From assembly GCA_947458235.1 (NCBI GenBank), contig CANGYP010000002.1:1-57880 (forward strand): a stretch of DNA of 57,880 nucleotides, read 5' to 3'. Position numbers and translations under genes: made by a program. The stretch is from Alphaproteobacteria bacterium. GTDB taxonomy: Bacteria > Pseudomonadota > Alphaproteobacteria > JAJTHO01 > CANGYM01. The notes below the pieces were generated by a model, which was not told where the DNA came from, made no database searches, and worked only from the letters and a program-made list of their open reading frames with translations. Of this stretch, positions 9,173 to 18,892 are shown one piece after another; within the stretch, counting starts at the first letter, position 1; the number at the start of each line of letters is the position of its first letter.

Positions 9173-10805
9173 CAGACACCAAGGTGTCAGGGGACTCTAT
9201 CACAGGTTTGGGCATAATCCCAAGCAAAGGGGAGGCTTGCTCCACAATTTTGGCCACCACAGGCGCGGCCACCCAGCCCCCTGTGGCATAGCCATATGTG
9301 TCTTTGGTGGGGACGGGCTCATCCACCATGGTATACACCACAACCTGCGGATCGGACATGGGATAAGCGGCAATGAAGGACGCCATGCGTTTGTTGCGAC
9401 TATAGCCCCGCCCCGTGATTTTTTCGGCGGTGCCTGTTTTCCCGCCGACTTCGTACCCAAGAACATCAGATTTCCCCCCCGTGCCCGAGGCCACCACGTC
9501 CCGCAAAATGGTGCGCATCATGGCGGAGGTTTCGGGTTTCATGATGGAGATTCCCTTAACAGGGCCAACAGTTTTTTCAAAATGCAGCGGCACCATCACG
9601 CCGTTGTTCACCAAGGCCCCAAAGGCCTGCACCAACTGCATGGCGGAAACAGACAGACCATGGCCAAAGGCGACGGTGGTGCGGTAAACTTCGCTCCAAT
9701 TTTGGGGTAACATGGGCTTGCCGATTTCATCAAAGGGCACCACGGCAGGATCCAAAAGCCCCAATTTTTGCAAAAACCCTCGCTGATCGGGACCAGACAC
9801 ACGACTGATGATATGGGCGGTGCCGATGTTCGAGGAATGAATCATCACCTCGGTGGCATTCATGCGACCCTCTTTGGGTTTAAAGTCACGAATGGTGAAA
9901 CGGCCGATTTTGATGGGCTCGCCAACGGGAAAGGTCTCGGTCATGGTGATGGCCCCCAGATCAAGGGCAGTGGCGATGGAAAAGCTCTTCATCGTCGATC
10001 CCATTTCATAAACACCCGTAACGGGACGGTTCAACCGTTGATCCTCGGTGGCACCCTGAACAGCGTTTAGATCAAAGTCGGGATAGGATACCAGCGCCAG
10101 CACGTCCCCCGTTTTCACACTGGCCACCACCACCATGCCAGCCACGGCTTTGTGTTTGTCGATGGCTTCTCTCAAGGCCCGCATGCTCAGATCTTGGATG
10201 CGACTATCCAAACTTAGGACCAAAGGCCCCTCGCGCTTGAGTAAATTTTGGTCATAGGCGCGTTCAATACCACTCAACCCGCGGCGATCTGTATCGGTGT
10301 AGCCGATCAAGTGGGCAGCCAGTCGGGCTTTGGGATAAATGCGGCGGGGTTCGTAAAAGGATTCCACCCCCGGTAGGCCCAAATAATTGATGGCGTAAAA
10401 TTGCTTGGGTGTTAAATGACGGGCAATCCAGACAAAGTGTTTTTTAGAGGTCAGGTTCGTTTTAATGGCCGCGCATTCGGCGGGAGTAAAAACACGGCAC
10501 AGGGCCTTGGCGGTCTCTTTGGGGTTTTTCAGACGCGAGGGATTAACATACACAGAATAGGTCATCAGATCGGTGGCCAGCAAGCGCCCTTCGCGGTCCA
10601 CAATGTCCGCCCGTTTGGGCACTGTTTCTGGCACATAGGGGTCATGGCCCATATCCCCCAACGACAACTGCACCAGCCGCCCCGCAATCACCAGCACAAC
10701 CACCATCAATCCCCCCAACACCATCACCAAACGACGCCGCACCATGGCCAAAGGCGAAGCGGACAACAGGGGGTCTGAGGCAGAGGTTTTTTTTGATTTT
10801 GGCAT
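9108..10805 (-). CDS. ftsI: peptidoglycan D,D-transpeptidase FtsI (PBP3)
   Basis: N-terminal TM anchor followed by the SxxK (GSTMKSF), SxN (HSSNIG) and KTG (GGKTGTAEK) triad. The ORF-track start at 10841 is TTG; the first ATG is at 10805. Confidence 0.9.
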   Translation of the reverse strand: MPKSKKTSASDPLLSASPLAMVRRRLVMVLGGLMVVVLVIAGRLVQLSLGDMGHDPYVPETVPKRADIVDREGRLLATDLMTYSVYVNPSRLKNPKETAKALCRVFTPAECAAIKTNLTSKKHFVWIARHLTPKQFYAINYLGLPGVESFYEPRRIYPKARLAAHLIGYTDTDRRGLSGIERAYDQNLLKREGPLVLSLDSRIQDLSMRALREAIDKHKAVAGMVVVASVKTGDVLALVSYPDFDLNAVQGATEDQRLNRPVTGVYEMGSTMKSFSIATALDLGAITMTETFPVGEPIKIGRFTIRDFKPKEGRMNATEVMIHSSNIGTAHIISRVSGPDQRGFLQKLGLLDPAVVPFDEIGKPMLPQNWSEVYRTTVAFGHGLSVSAMQLVQAFGALVNNGVMVPLHFEKTVGPVKGISIMKPETSAMMRTILRDVVASGTGGKSDVLGYEVGGKTGTAEKITGRGYSRNKRMASFIAAYPMSDPQVVVYTMVDEPVPTKDTYGYATGGWVAAPVVAKIVEQASPLLGIMPKPVIESPDTLVSDANASPPVPDDDAVSLSPDAQ

Positions 10806-10873
10806 ACCGCGAACTATAGCGAGGGGAAGGGAGATGCTCAAGCGGCTTTCAAGTGTTGGGCACCTCTATTAAC

Positions 10874-10962
10874 CGTCATTGCGAGCGTAGCGAAGCAATC
10901 CAGAAAGGCTTCAGCGCGAGGAAACCCTAGATTGCTTCGTCGCGTTGCTCCTCGCAATGACG
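10874..10962. repeat. 89-bp palindromic (MITE-like) repeat, copy A
   Basis: Left arm CGTCATTGCGAGCGTAGCGAAGCAATCCAG and right arm CTAGATTGCTTCG..CTCGCAATGACG are inverted repeats. One arm is near-identical (1 mismatch in 30) to an arm of the copy at 38051-38138. Confidence 0.8.
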
Positions 10963-11033
10963 AAAAGCTGAGGTTTTTAGATGTGCCCTGTTGTATGCGT
11001 TCACCCCAATTTCAATTTATAGTGTAAGGTGCC

Positions 11034-11339
11034 TTATGTTTGCACAATGCGCAACCGCGTAACTGCGGTATAGCCGAAGTAGAGATTGACTCTCTCCAGC
11101 ACCAAGAGGCGCATCATTTCGAGGTTGAGAGCGAAGGCCCCGCCAGCGATAACGGTCAAGGTGCCTTCGCGGCGACTGTGGGCGGGGAAAGAGAGGCTTT
11201 TGGGGTGCGTCACCTTGGCCAGATCGGGGCCCACGATTTTGGGCCATGCCATAATAACATCAGCGTTGGGAAAACCCCGTTTTTTCAGGGCGGCCTCGGC
11301 GACTTTAAACAAAACAGGATGGGCATTTTTCAGGACCAT
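11034..11339 (-). CDS. DUF721/DciA-family protein
   Basis: 101 aa with the pattern W..IVG..LA..T.P..L.....GTL.V......A.EL......L.RVN...G......I typical of DUF721. Confidence 0.55.
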   Translation of the reverse strand: MVLKNAHPVLFKVAEAALKKRGFPNADVIMAWPKIVGPDLAKVTHPKSLSFPAHSRREGTLTVIAGGAFALNLEMMRLLVLERVNLYFGYTAVTRLRIVQT

Positions 11340-11351
11340 AATCCCCCACCC

Positions 11352-12065
11352 CTAGGCCAGCAATCCCGTATAGCCCCAAAAATGGCCCTGTGTATCTTCG
11401 GGGGTTTCCTCGGATGTCCACAGAGCCCCCTCGGTCGTTTCCACAACCATGGCGGCATGGGGTAAGGGGGGTGTCCCCTTGGGTAAATAATACCAAGAAA
11501 AATCATGACCACTGCTTTCGGGCACCCCCTCGCCCCAGACCAAGGCCTGCATCATTTCGACGCAGGTGGCCATCAGGGGCAAATGAAACAACACACTGCC
11601 TGACACGTCCCGAAGAGTCGTCAACCACGCCGTGGCCTCTGTCAGGGGCAAAATCATATAATCAATGGTTTGGGTGGTATAGGCCTGAAGGAGATCTGCA
11701 TACTCAGAAAATCCCTGATACGGCGTGATGGCCCCAAACAACTGAATGGCGAGTTTCAGGCCCTCTTCCCCCACATAACCCACGCGAAAGGGGTCTTCGT
11801 ACTGCAGGGCGCCCATCATCAGCGTGCGCCATACCGCCATGACAAAGGCTGGCGGCAACGTGCCGGATTCTGCCAACAGGCGGCGGAGAATCTGGGTTTC
11901 TCGGGCAGGTCGGATGAAGGCGTGGGGTTGGCCTTTTTTAAGTTGGGCCACATCTGCGACGATGGCCATGCGTTTTTTTAAAAGTGCGATCAATGCGTCG
12001 TCACAGGCATCAATCTGGGCCCTGAGATCCGCAAGAGAATCTGAAAAAAGACGTGCATTCATCAT
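11352..12065 (-). CDS. chorismate mutase family protein (N-terminal AroQ-like domain plus uncharacterised C-terminal domain)
   Basis: N-terminal [33 protein letters not shown]....[12 protein letters not shown] matches the CM_2 helix pattern. It sits divergently from metX, as in many alphaproteobacteria. Confidence 0.55.
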   Translation of the reverse strand: MMNARLFSDSLADLRAQIDACDDALIALLKKRMAIVADVAQLKKGQPHAFIRPARETQILRRLLAESGTLPPAFVMAVWRTLMMGALQYEDPFRVGYVGEEGLKLAIQLFGAITPYQGFSEYADLLQAYTTQTIDYMILPLTEATAWLTTLRDVSGSVLFHLPLMATCVEMMQALVWGEGVPESSGHDFSWYYLPKGTPPLPHAAMVVETTEGALWTSEETPEDTQGHFWGYTGLLA

Positions 12066-12088
12066 ACAGCCAGCATAAAACGGTTGCT

Positions 12089-13219
12089 ATGACAAAGCAA
12101 CCCTCCTTTCTGTATAACAACCCCGATGTTTTGCGTCACACGATCCATGATGCGGGGACGCGCACCCTGCAATGCGGGGTGACGTTGCCAGAAGTCCGTT
12201 TGGCCTATCAAACCTATGGCACACTGAATGCCGATGCCAGCAATGCGGTGTTGGTGTGTCATGCCCTAACAGGGGATCAATATCTGCTGGGCACCCATCC
12301 CCTAACAGGGAAAGAGGGCTGGTGGCATACCATGATCGGACCAAAGAAAGCGATTGATACGGATCGTTTTTTTGTGATTTGCAGCAATGTGTTGGGGGGG
12401 TGTGCGGGGTCTACGGGCCCCCTAAGCCTGAACCCCGCCACAGGCAAAGAATATGGTATTGATTTTCCCACCGTCACCATGCGGGACATGGTGCAAATGC
12501 AATATGACCTGATTCGAGGATTGGGAATTCAGCAGCTGGCGGCTATTATTGGGCCCTCCATGGGGGGGATGCAGGCGTTGCAATGGGGGTCCACCTATCC
12601 CCACGCGGCGCGGCATATCATTTTGCTGGCCACATCCCATCGCCACAGTGCCCAAAACATTGCCTTTCATGAAATTGGTCGCCAAGCCATTATGGCGGAC
12701 CCTGATTGGCACGGGGGACGTTATCGGGATTTTGGGGTGATCCCGCGCCGTGGTCTGGCGGTGGCCCGTATGACGGGGCACGTGACATATATGTCAGAGC
12801 AAACCCTGCAACGTCGCTTTGGCCGCAGTTTACAGGACCGCACCCAACTGAGTTATGGTTTTGATGCGGATTTTCAGGTGGAAAGCTATCTGCGCTATCA
12901 GGGCAGCACCTTTGTGGATCGGTTTGATGCCAACAGTTATTTGTATATGACGCGGGCCACAGATTATTTTGATTTGGCTTTTGACCACGGCGGGGTATTG
13001 GCCAAGGCCTTTTCGGGTCAAACACGGTATCACGTTATTTCTTTGTCCAGTGACTGGCTGTTTCCCACGGCGGGGATGCGGCAAATTGTCAAGGCCCTGA
13101 ATGCCTCTGGCCATGCCGTCAGTTTTGTGGAGATCCAAACCCATCGGGGCCATGATGCCTTTTTGTTGAACGAGCCCGATGTGATGCAAACCTTATCCAG
13201 TTGTTTTGGAACGGTTTGA
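12089..13219 (+). CDS. metX: homoserine O-acetyltransferase
   Basis: 376 aa from the ATG at 12089 with VCHALTGD, nucleophile elbow [12 protein letters not shown] and HRGHDAFLL. Confidence 0.9.
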   Translation: MTKQPSFLYNNPDVLRHTIHDAGTRTLQCGVTLPEVRLAYQTYGTLNADASNAVLVCHALTGDQYLLGTHPLTGKEGWWHTMIGPKKAIDTDRFFVICSNVLGGCAGSTGPLSLNPATGKEYGIDFPTVTMRDMVQMQYDLIRGLGIQQLAAIIGPSMGGMQALQWGSTYPHAARHIILLATSHRHSAQNIAFHEIGRQAIMADPDWHGGRYRDFGVIPRRGLAVARMTGHVTYMSEQTLQRRFGRSLQDRTQLSYGFDADFQVESYLRYQGSTFVDRFDANSYLYMTRATDYFDLAFDHGGVLAKAFSGQTRYHVISLSSDWLFPTAGMRQIVKALNASGHAVSFVEIQTHRGHDAFLLNEPDVMQTLSSCFGTV

Positions 13220-13278
13220 GGAGGGGGACGGCAATCCCCATCCTCACGTTTGACCCCATCATGAATCGCTGGGCATCA

Positions 13279-14037
13279 TCAAGGGCTTTTGGGATTTATC
13301 GTTTTCTTTTGAAAGGCCATGATGTAATTGATGCTGGTATCCTTGCCAGTTGTCCAAAGGGAAAACAGGGGATTATAGGATAATCCCGTCACATCCCGCA
13401 GAGTCAAACCCTCTTGCATGAAAACGGCAGCAATTTCAGAGGGACGCATAAACAACCGCCAGTCGTGTGTCCCCCGTGGCAGCCACTGGATAATATATTC
13501 TGCGGCCACCTTGGCCAGCAAAAACGATTTCAACGTGCGATTTAACGTCGAAAGAATCAACACGCCCCCTGGGTTGACCAAGCGGGCACATGTTTGTAAA
13601 AATAACATATGATCATCCACATGCTCCACGACCTCTAAGGCCAGCACAACATCAAAAGACATATCGGCGGGTAAATCCTCTGGCCCCTGCAAACGATAAT
13701 CAATAGAAAGCCCTTGGGCAGCCGCATGCTCCCGCGCCACTTGCAGGGTTTCTTCTGAAGCATCTAGGGCCGTCACAGCCCCCCCTAGGCGTGCCATGGG
13801 CTCGGCCACCAAGCCGCCGCCGCAGCCAATATCCAAAATCGACAGACCCGCAAAGGGCTGGGCCATGGCCTCTGGCTTAGAGAGGTTCAGGCTCTTTAGG
13901 GCCGTGATCTGATCCCGAATATACGACAAGCGCACAGGATTCAAGCGATGCAGGGGCTTAAAGGGCCCCTGCGGATCCCACCAGCTTTGGGCGATGGCCC
14001 CAAATTTTTCAGGTTCGTTGGCCAAAATGGTGCTCAT
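13279..14037 (-). CDS. ubiG: bifunctional 3-demethylubiquinol 3-O-methyltransferase/2-polyprenyl-6-hydroxyphenol methylase
   Basis: FGAIAQSWWDPQGPFKPLHRLNPVRLSYI, SAM motif ILDIGCGGGL, and LEVVEHVDD. Confidence 0.9.
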   Translation of the reverse strand: MSTILANEPEKFGAIAQSWWDPQGPFKPLHRLNPVRLSYIRDQITALKSLNLSKPEAMAQPFAGLSILDIGCGGGLVAEPMARLGGAVTALDASEETLQVAREHAAAQGLSIDYRLQGPEDLPADMSFDVVLALEVVEHVDDHMLFLQTCARLVNPGGVLILSTLNRTLKSFLLAKVAAEYIIQWLPRGTHDWRLFMRPSEIAAVFMQEGLTLRDVTGLSYNPLFSLWTTGKDTSINYIMAFQKKTINPKSP

Positions 14038-14507
14038 GCTTTCTCCTGACCATAGCGGTATTGCAAAAGGGCTTTAAGAAATTCCGCCCAATTCTTGGCG
14101 TCTTCCATGGACAGCAGAGTTTCCCAGAGGCGTTTCTGAAGGGCGCGGCGGTCTTCGGGGGTGGCGTCTTCTAAATCTAAGGCCCACGCCAAAACCTCAG
14201 GATCCTTCGTCACCATAGGCACCGTTTGACCTGTTGCCCGTTTATATAGGGCCAAAGCCCGCGTGTAAGGGGCTCGCAAATCCTGATAGGCCTGATTCAG
14301 CGCTTCTGGCTGGATGGCAGGCAGGGCCTTGGTTTGGGTGATAACATCGGGATGCACTTGGCGGATACGGTGATGAAAGGCCGCCTCCAACACATCCTCC
14401 CCTAAGCGCAAGGTGGGATCCACCCCCAAAATGGCAAAGGGAGCGCCCGCCTGCACGGCGCAGCAAGCGGGATCCTGTTGGTGACAGGCATAGCAGGGAA
14501 CACTCAT
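14034..14507 (-). CDS. J-domain co-chaperone, HscB-like
   Basis: 157 aa with a Cys-rich N-terminus (CYAC..CC), an HPD motif (QVHPDV) and a C-terminal helical region (DPEVLAWALDLED) resembling HscB. ATGA overlaps on both sides. Confidence 0.5.
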   Translation of the reverse strand: MSVPCYACHQQDPACCAVQAGAPFAILGVDPTLRLGEDVLEAAFHHRIRQVHPDVITQTKALPAIQPEALNQAYQDLRAPYTRALALYKRATGQTVPMVTKDPEVLAWALDLEDATPEDRRALQKRLWETLLSMEDAKNWAEFLKALLQYRYGQEKA

Positions 14508-15142
14508 ACCGAGCCCTCAACGGGGGCAGGTTCTGGTTTCTTGGCAGGGGGGGTAATGATACCCCCAGAGACCACCATTTTGATGCCTTGCTCAACAGTC
14601 ATATCCAAAACCACCACATCCTCTTGGGGCACCATCAGCAAAAAGCCAGAGGTGGGGTTGGGTGTTGTGGGGACAAACACGTTGATGGTAGAGGGGTTGA
14701 GTTTTTCCGAGGCCTCCCCCACCGTTGTGCCTGTCACAAAACCCAACGTCCATGCCCCGCGCCGGGGAAATTCTACCAACACGACTTTACGAAAGGCCTC
14801 TGATGTGTTGGTCAGCATGGTTTGAAAAATCTGTTTAAAGGCCCCGTATAAACCCCGCATAATCGGAATATGGCCCAAGATTGATTCCCCCATGCGAACC
14901 AAAACTTGGCCCAAAACGCTGCGGGCGATGGCCCCAATCACCACCAGAAACACCAAGGCAATCAACAATCCCATGCCCGGAATATGATAAAACAAATCAA
15001 ACTGCTGTTGATACTTCTGGGGCAACAACGCCCCCACCGCCGCATCAATCCATCCCAGCAACATCACAACAACATACAGGGTCAACGCCACTGGCGCCAC
15101 CACCAAAATCCCCGCCAGTATGTTTTTGCGTAAAAATCCCAT
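14504..15142 (-). CDS. DUF502 family membrane protein
   Basis: 212 aa with two N-terminal TM helices and the conserved core ..PIMRGLYGAFKQI...VVLVEFPRRG.WTLGFVT.. Confidence 0.65.
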   Translation of the reverse strand: MGFLRKNILAGILVVAPVALTLYVVVMLLGWIDAAVGALLPQKYQQQFDLFYHIPGMGLLIALVFLVVIGAIARSVLGQVLVRMGESILGHIPIMRGLYGAFKQIFQTMLTNTSEAFRKVVLVEFPRRGAWTLGFVTGTTVGEASEKLNPSTINVFVPTTPNPTSGFLLMVPQEDVVVLDMTVEQGIKMVVSGGIITPPAKKPEPAPVEGSV

Positions 15143-15221
15143 ATCCTCATTCTAGAGCCAAACGGGACGGGGAAACAAGGCAAAAATGCAGTGTGTTTCT
15201 CGCTTCCGTGATGAAACGCCC

Positions 15222-16610
15222 TTAAACACCCCAACCAAAATCCTCTTCCCGAACCATGAGCCCAAGGGCCCTTAATTGGGCGATCAAATCCGCAACCAAA
15301 ACAGGAAAGCCTTCTGGTGTCAAAGATTCACAGCGCACACTCAGGGCAGGCTGGGTGTTGCTGGCACGCACCAGCCACCAACCTTCGGGGGTTTCCACAC
15401 GGATCCCGTCAATGGCCAAATGGGGGGTGCCAGAGGCTTCGATCCGTTGACGCAGGGCCTCAATGATAGAAAATTTTTGATCATCGGGGCAGAAAACCCG
15501 AACCTCTGGGGATGTCCATGACGGCGGCAAAGCCTGAACCTGTGACGACAAAGGCCCCTGATCCAGAATCTCTAAGGTGCGAAGGGCGGCATACAAAGCA
15601 TCATCATACCCCCCATAGCGATCGGCAAAAAAGATATGCCCACTGCCCTCCCCCGCGAACAGGGCGCCAGAGGTTTTCATTTTGGCCTTCATATGGGCAT
15701 GGCCCACCATCCAGATCACAGGGTGGCCACCATGGGCTTGAATATCATCAAAAAACAGACGCGATGTTTTCACATCCCCCAGCAGGGTGGCCCCTGAATG
15801 ATCTTGCAAAACCCCCCGCGCCAAAAGGGTTAAAAGGGCATCCATGCCCAATATCTGCCCCTGATTGTCCACAACCCCCAAACGATCCGCATCCCCATCA
15901 AAGGCCAGCCCGATATCCGCACGGTGATCCAACACCGCCTGTTGAAGCTGCGCCATATTCTTCGGCTCGCTGGGATCAGGGTGATGGGCGGGAAAGGTGC
16001 CATCAATCGCTGAATTGATCACAAAGTGGTGCCCAGGCAAATGGGGGATCAAATCCAAAATCACATCGCCCGCCGCACCATTCCCGGGATCCCAAACACA
16101 GGTCAGGGTGGGGGCTATCCTGCCAAGATGCGTGGCCCTAAGCAAAGCCTGAACATAACCAGCCCGCAAGGTAACGGAGGCTATCTCCCCCGCCTCGGTC
16201 ACAGGCGTGGCTGTATGCATCAAGGGGTGCAAAGCGCGGAGATCATCCCCATAAAAAGGCCCCCCTCCCACAACACACTTAAACCCATTATACTCAGGGG
16301 GATTATGGGATCCCGTCACCATAATCCCCGAAGAGGCCCCCGTGTCTTGCGTAGCAAAATACGTCATGGGCGTGGGCCCAACCCCAATATCCAAAACCCT
16401 CAAGCCCCCCGCCGCCAACCCCAATCGCAGGGACTCCGCCAACATCGGGGAATGCAACCGCCCATCATACCCCACCACCACAGAAGATAACCCCTGACTT
16501 TTGAGCGTTTGGGCGTAGGCCAACCCAAAATGACGGGCAAAGGTGGGGGTTAGCGTATCCCCCACAATGCCGCGAATGTCATAGGCCCGAAAAATGCTGG
16601 GATCAAACAT
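15222..16610 (-). CDS. phosphomannomutase/phosphoglucomutase
   Basis: FRAYDIRG, phosphoserine loop TGSHNPPEYNGFK, metal loop FDGDADRLG, and GEGSGH. The ORF-track start at 16619 is TTG; an ATG is at 16610. Confidence 0.85.
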   Translation of the reverse strand: MFDPSIFRAYDIRGIVGDTLTPTFARHFGLAYAQTLKSQGLSSVVVGYDGRLHSPMLAESLRLGLAAGGLRVLDIGVGPTPMTYFATQDTGASSGIMVTGSHNPPEYNGFKCVVGGGPFYGDDLRALHPLMHTATPVTEAGEIASVTLRAGYVQALLRATHLGRIAPTLTCVWDPGNGAAGDVILDLIPHLPGHHFVINSAIDGTFPAHHPDPSEPKNMAQLQQAVLDHRADIGLAFDGDADRLGVVDNQGQILGMDALLTLLARGVLQDHSGATLLGDVKTSRLFFDDIQAHGGHPVIWMVGHAHMKAKMKTSGALFAGEGSGHIFFADRYGGYDDALYAALRTLEILDQGPLSSQVQALPPSWTSPEVRVFCPDDQKFSIIEALRQRIEASGTPHLAIDGIRVETPEGWWLVRASNTQPALSVRCESLTPEGFPVLVADLIAQLRALGLMVREEDFGWGV

Positions 16611-16622
16611 GATGAACAAGAT

Positions 16623-18116
16623 TTAAGATAGGGGATAGGTGGCAAAAAACCGCTCCATCAAATGCACACCAAAACCTGTAGCACCTTTAGGGGCGAGCTC
16701 TTTGCCATTTTTGGAGGCCGTCACACCCGCAATGTCAATATGGGCCCATGCCACATCCTTTTGAATAAAGCGCTGCAAGAACTGCGCTGCGGTGATGCTG
16801 CCCGCGCCGCGACCCGATCCGATGTTACGCATATCGGCAATGGGGCTGTTCATGTCTTTGTCATACTCTTCATTCATGGGAAAGCGCCAGATGGGCTCGT
16901 TGGCCTCTTTGGAGGCTGCATACAAAGCCTCGGCCAATTTATCATTGTTGCTGAACAAACCCGCGGTCAGATCCCCCAACGCCACCACAATCGCCCCTGT
17001 TAAGGTAGCAAAATCAATGACGGTTTTAGGCCTGAATGTTTCTTGGGCATACCACAGCGCATCACTCAGAACCAAACGCCCCTCGGCATCGGTATTTAAG
17101 ACCTCGATGGTCTGTCCAGACATAGAGGTAACAATATCCCCAGGCCGCTGGGCGGTGCCAGAGGGCATATTTTCAACCAGCCCCACAACCCCCACCACGT
17201 GCGCGGGGGATTTTTGCTCGGCCAACATCTGCAACGTGGCCACCACAACGGCGGATCCGCCCATGTCCCACTTCATGTCCTCCATATTGGCGGCGGGCTT
17301 AATGGAAATCCCCCCCGTGTCAAAGGTCACGCCCTTACCCACCAAGGCAATGGGGGCGTCCTGAGTTTTGGCCCCCCGATATTCCATCACCACCAACTGC
17401 GATTCCACGGCGCTGCCCTGTCCCACACCCAGCAAGGCCCCCATCCCCAGTTTTTTCATCTCTTTTTCACCCAAAACCTTCACGGACACGGGCAGTTTTG
17501 CAAAAACCTCTTTGATTTTTTCAGCGTAGGTTTCAGGGTTTAAAAGGTTCGAGGGTTCATTTTGCAGGGTCCGGGCCAAATACACCGCGCGGACAAAGGC
17601 CGATGTTTTTTCAAAGCACACATCAGCGGCCTTTTTATCTTTCACAAGGAACGTCAAAGAGGATAGCTTGGGCTTTTTGACGTCAGGGCGCTCCTTGGTG
17701 ATATATTTGTCAAAGCGGTAGCCTTTCAGCAACGCCCCCGCTGCCAGATCATTAGCCGCATGCTCCACCGATCCCCCGACATCCAAAGGCGCCACAACAG
17801 CGGCGGCATCTTGACCACTCTGCAGGGCTGTAATGATGCTGGCCCCGATTTTTTGCAAGGACAACGGGGTTAGGTCCACAGCCTTGCCAATACCTGCCAC
17901 CACAACGGTGATGGGCTTTGTGTTCAGGGTGACCTTGTAGGTGGCCGTTTTTCCTAAAGTGCCCTTAAAATCATCGTGCCGCAACACATCCCCCACAATG
18001 CCCTGCGCGGCGGCGTCCAGCAACGGATCGGCAATCAAAGTTTTATCCTCATCATAAAACACCACCACAGCGGCGGCAGCATCAGGGGACGTCAAAGCAA
18101 AGGAAACGGGTAGCAT
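16623..18116 (-). CDS. pepA: leucyl aminopeptidase (M17)
   Basis: VGKGVTFDTGGISIKP and NTDAEGRLVLSDAL signature motifs. Confidence 0.9.
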   Translation of the reverse strand: MLPVSFALTSPDAAAAVVVFYDEDKTLIADPLLDAAAQGIVGDVLRHDDFKGTLGKTATYKVTLNTKPITVVVAGIGKAVDLTPLSLQKIGASIITALQSGQDAAAVVAPLDVGGSVEHAANDLAAGALLKGYRFDKYITKERPDVKKPKLSSLTFLVKDKKAADVCFEKTSAFVRAVYLARTLQNEPSNLLNPETYAEKIKEVFAKLPVSVKVLGEKEMKKLGMGALLGVGQGSAVESQLVVMEYRGAKTQDAPIALVGKGVTFDTGGISIKPAANMEDMKWDMGGSAVVVATLQMLAEQKSPAHVVGVVGLVENMPSGTAQRPGDIVTSMSGQTIEVLNTDAEGRLVLSDALWYAQETFRPKTVIDFATLTGAIVVALGDLTAGLFSNNDKLAEALYAASKEANEPIWRFPMNEEYDKDMNSPIADMRNIGSGRGAGSITAAQFLQRFIQKDVAWAHIDIAGVTASKNGKELAPKGATGFGVHLMERFFATYPLS

Positions 18117-18420
18117 GGGGATAGTCCTTGTTTAGGGCGAATCATATCCCTGTTTGTATCATGATTCTTGAGGCAGGCAACAGAAAGTATTCCATTGGTT
18201 GGCGGTTGTGGCAGGCGTTCAAAAAACTGGACGGTTAGAATGGTTTTGCCTGAAGTCTAGGAAACATGTACACCTTGGGGCGCCTCTATTAACCCTGAAT
18301 GTCCCCCCATGTCGCCTGCTTCTGCTTTATTTTATGTATGATTTGGGATATACTGATCTTTAAGGAAAGCTCTTTCAAAAGCCATTTGTTTTTTATGCAT
18401 CAAAAACCGCAGGTTGTTTT

Positions 18421-18861
18421 ATGAAAATCCTGAATTTTTTTATCATGTTGTGCGTGCTCTCTTCCGTGGCTTGGGGGCAGGGATTAACGGTGCAATCGTT
18501 TGATGGTCATGGCAAAGCCCCCCAAAGGCCTACACCCACAACAACACTGGGGGGGGAGTACCATAAACAGAAGTCAACCGCAGCGCCCTATCAGGATCAA
18601 CCTTTAGCTTCAGCGCAAGAATACCGAGGCTATAACGGTCGTACCCTAGAGCAGTCTTTTTATCGGTGTAAATTTGAATCCTTTCGAACGGCGCCCCCAG
18701 GGGATCAGAATCGCGGGATTTTAGAGAAAATGCGCATACGCATGTATATCATGGATACATGCATGAACTCAGAGGGCTTTTTTCGACAGCAAAAATCTTT
18801 TGGGCTGGATTTTAACGTCTTGACCTCCGCAGACTTTATTATCCCTGCCCCCAAAAATTGA
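18421..18861 (+). CDS. hypothetical secreted protein
   Basis: 146 aa with a clear signal peptide (MKILNFFIMLCVLSSVAWGQ). It is AT-richer than its neighbours and I recognise no family. Confidence 0.45.
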   Translation: MKILNFFIMLCVLSSVAWGQGLTVQSFDGHGKAPQRPTPTTTLGGEYHKQKSTAAPYQDQPLASAQEYRGYNGRTLEQSFYRCKFESFRTAPPGDQNRGILEKMRIRMYIMDTCMNSEGFFRQQKSFGLDFNVLTSADFIIPAPKN

Positions 18862-18892
18862 TTGTGTGGTTTTGCCAACGCGGGCTGTCCCT

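Noticed and set aside
8787-9710. 307-aa plus-strand ORF
   Set aside because: It is antisense to murE and ftsI, Arg/Gly/His-rich, and has no motifs.
13201-13383. 60-aa plus-strand ORF where metW might be expected after metX
   Set aside because: It overlaps the metX and ubiG 3' ends, has no methyltransferase motifs and is too short for MetW. metW is simply absent here.
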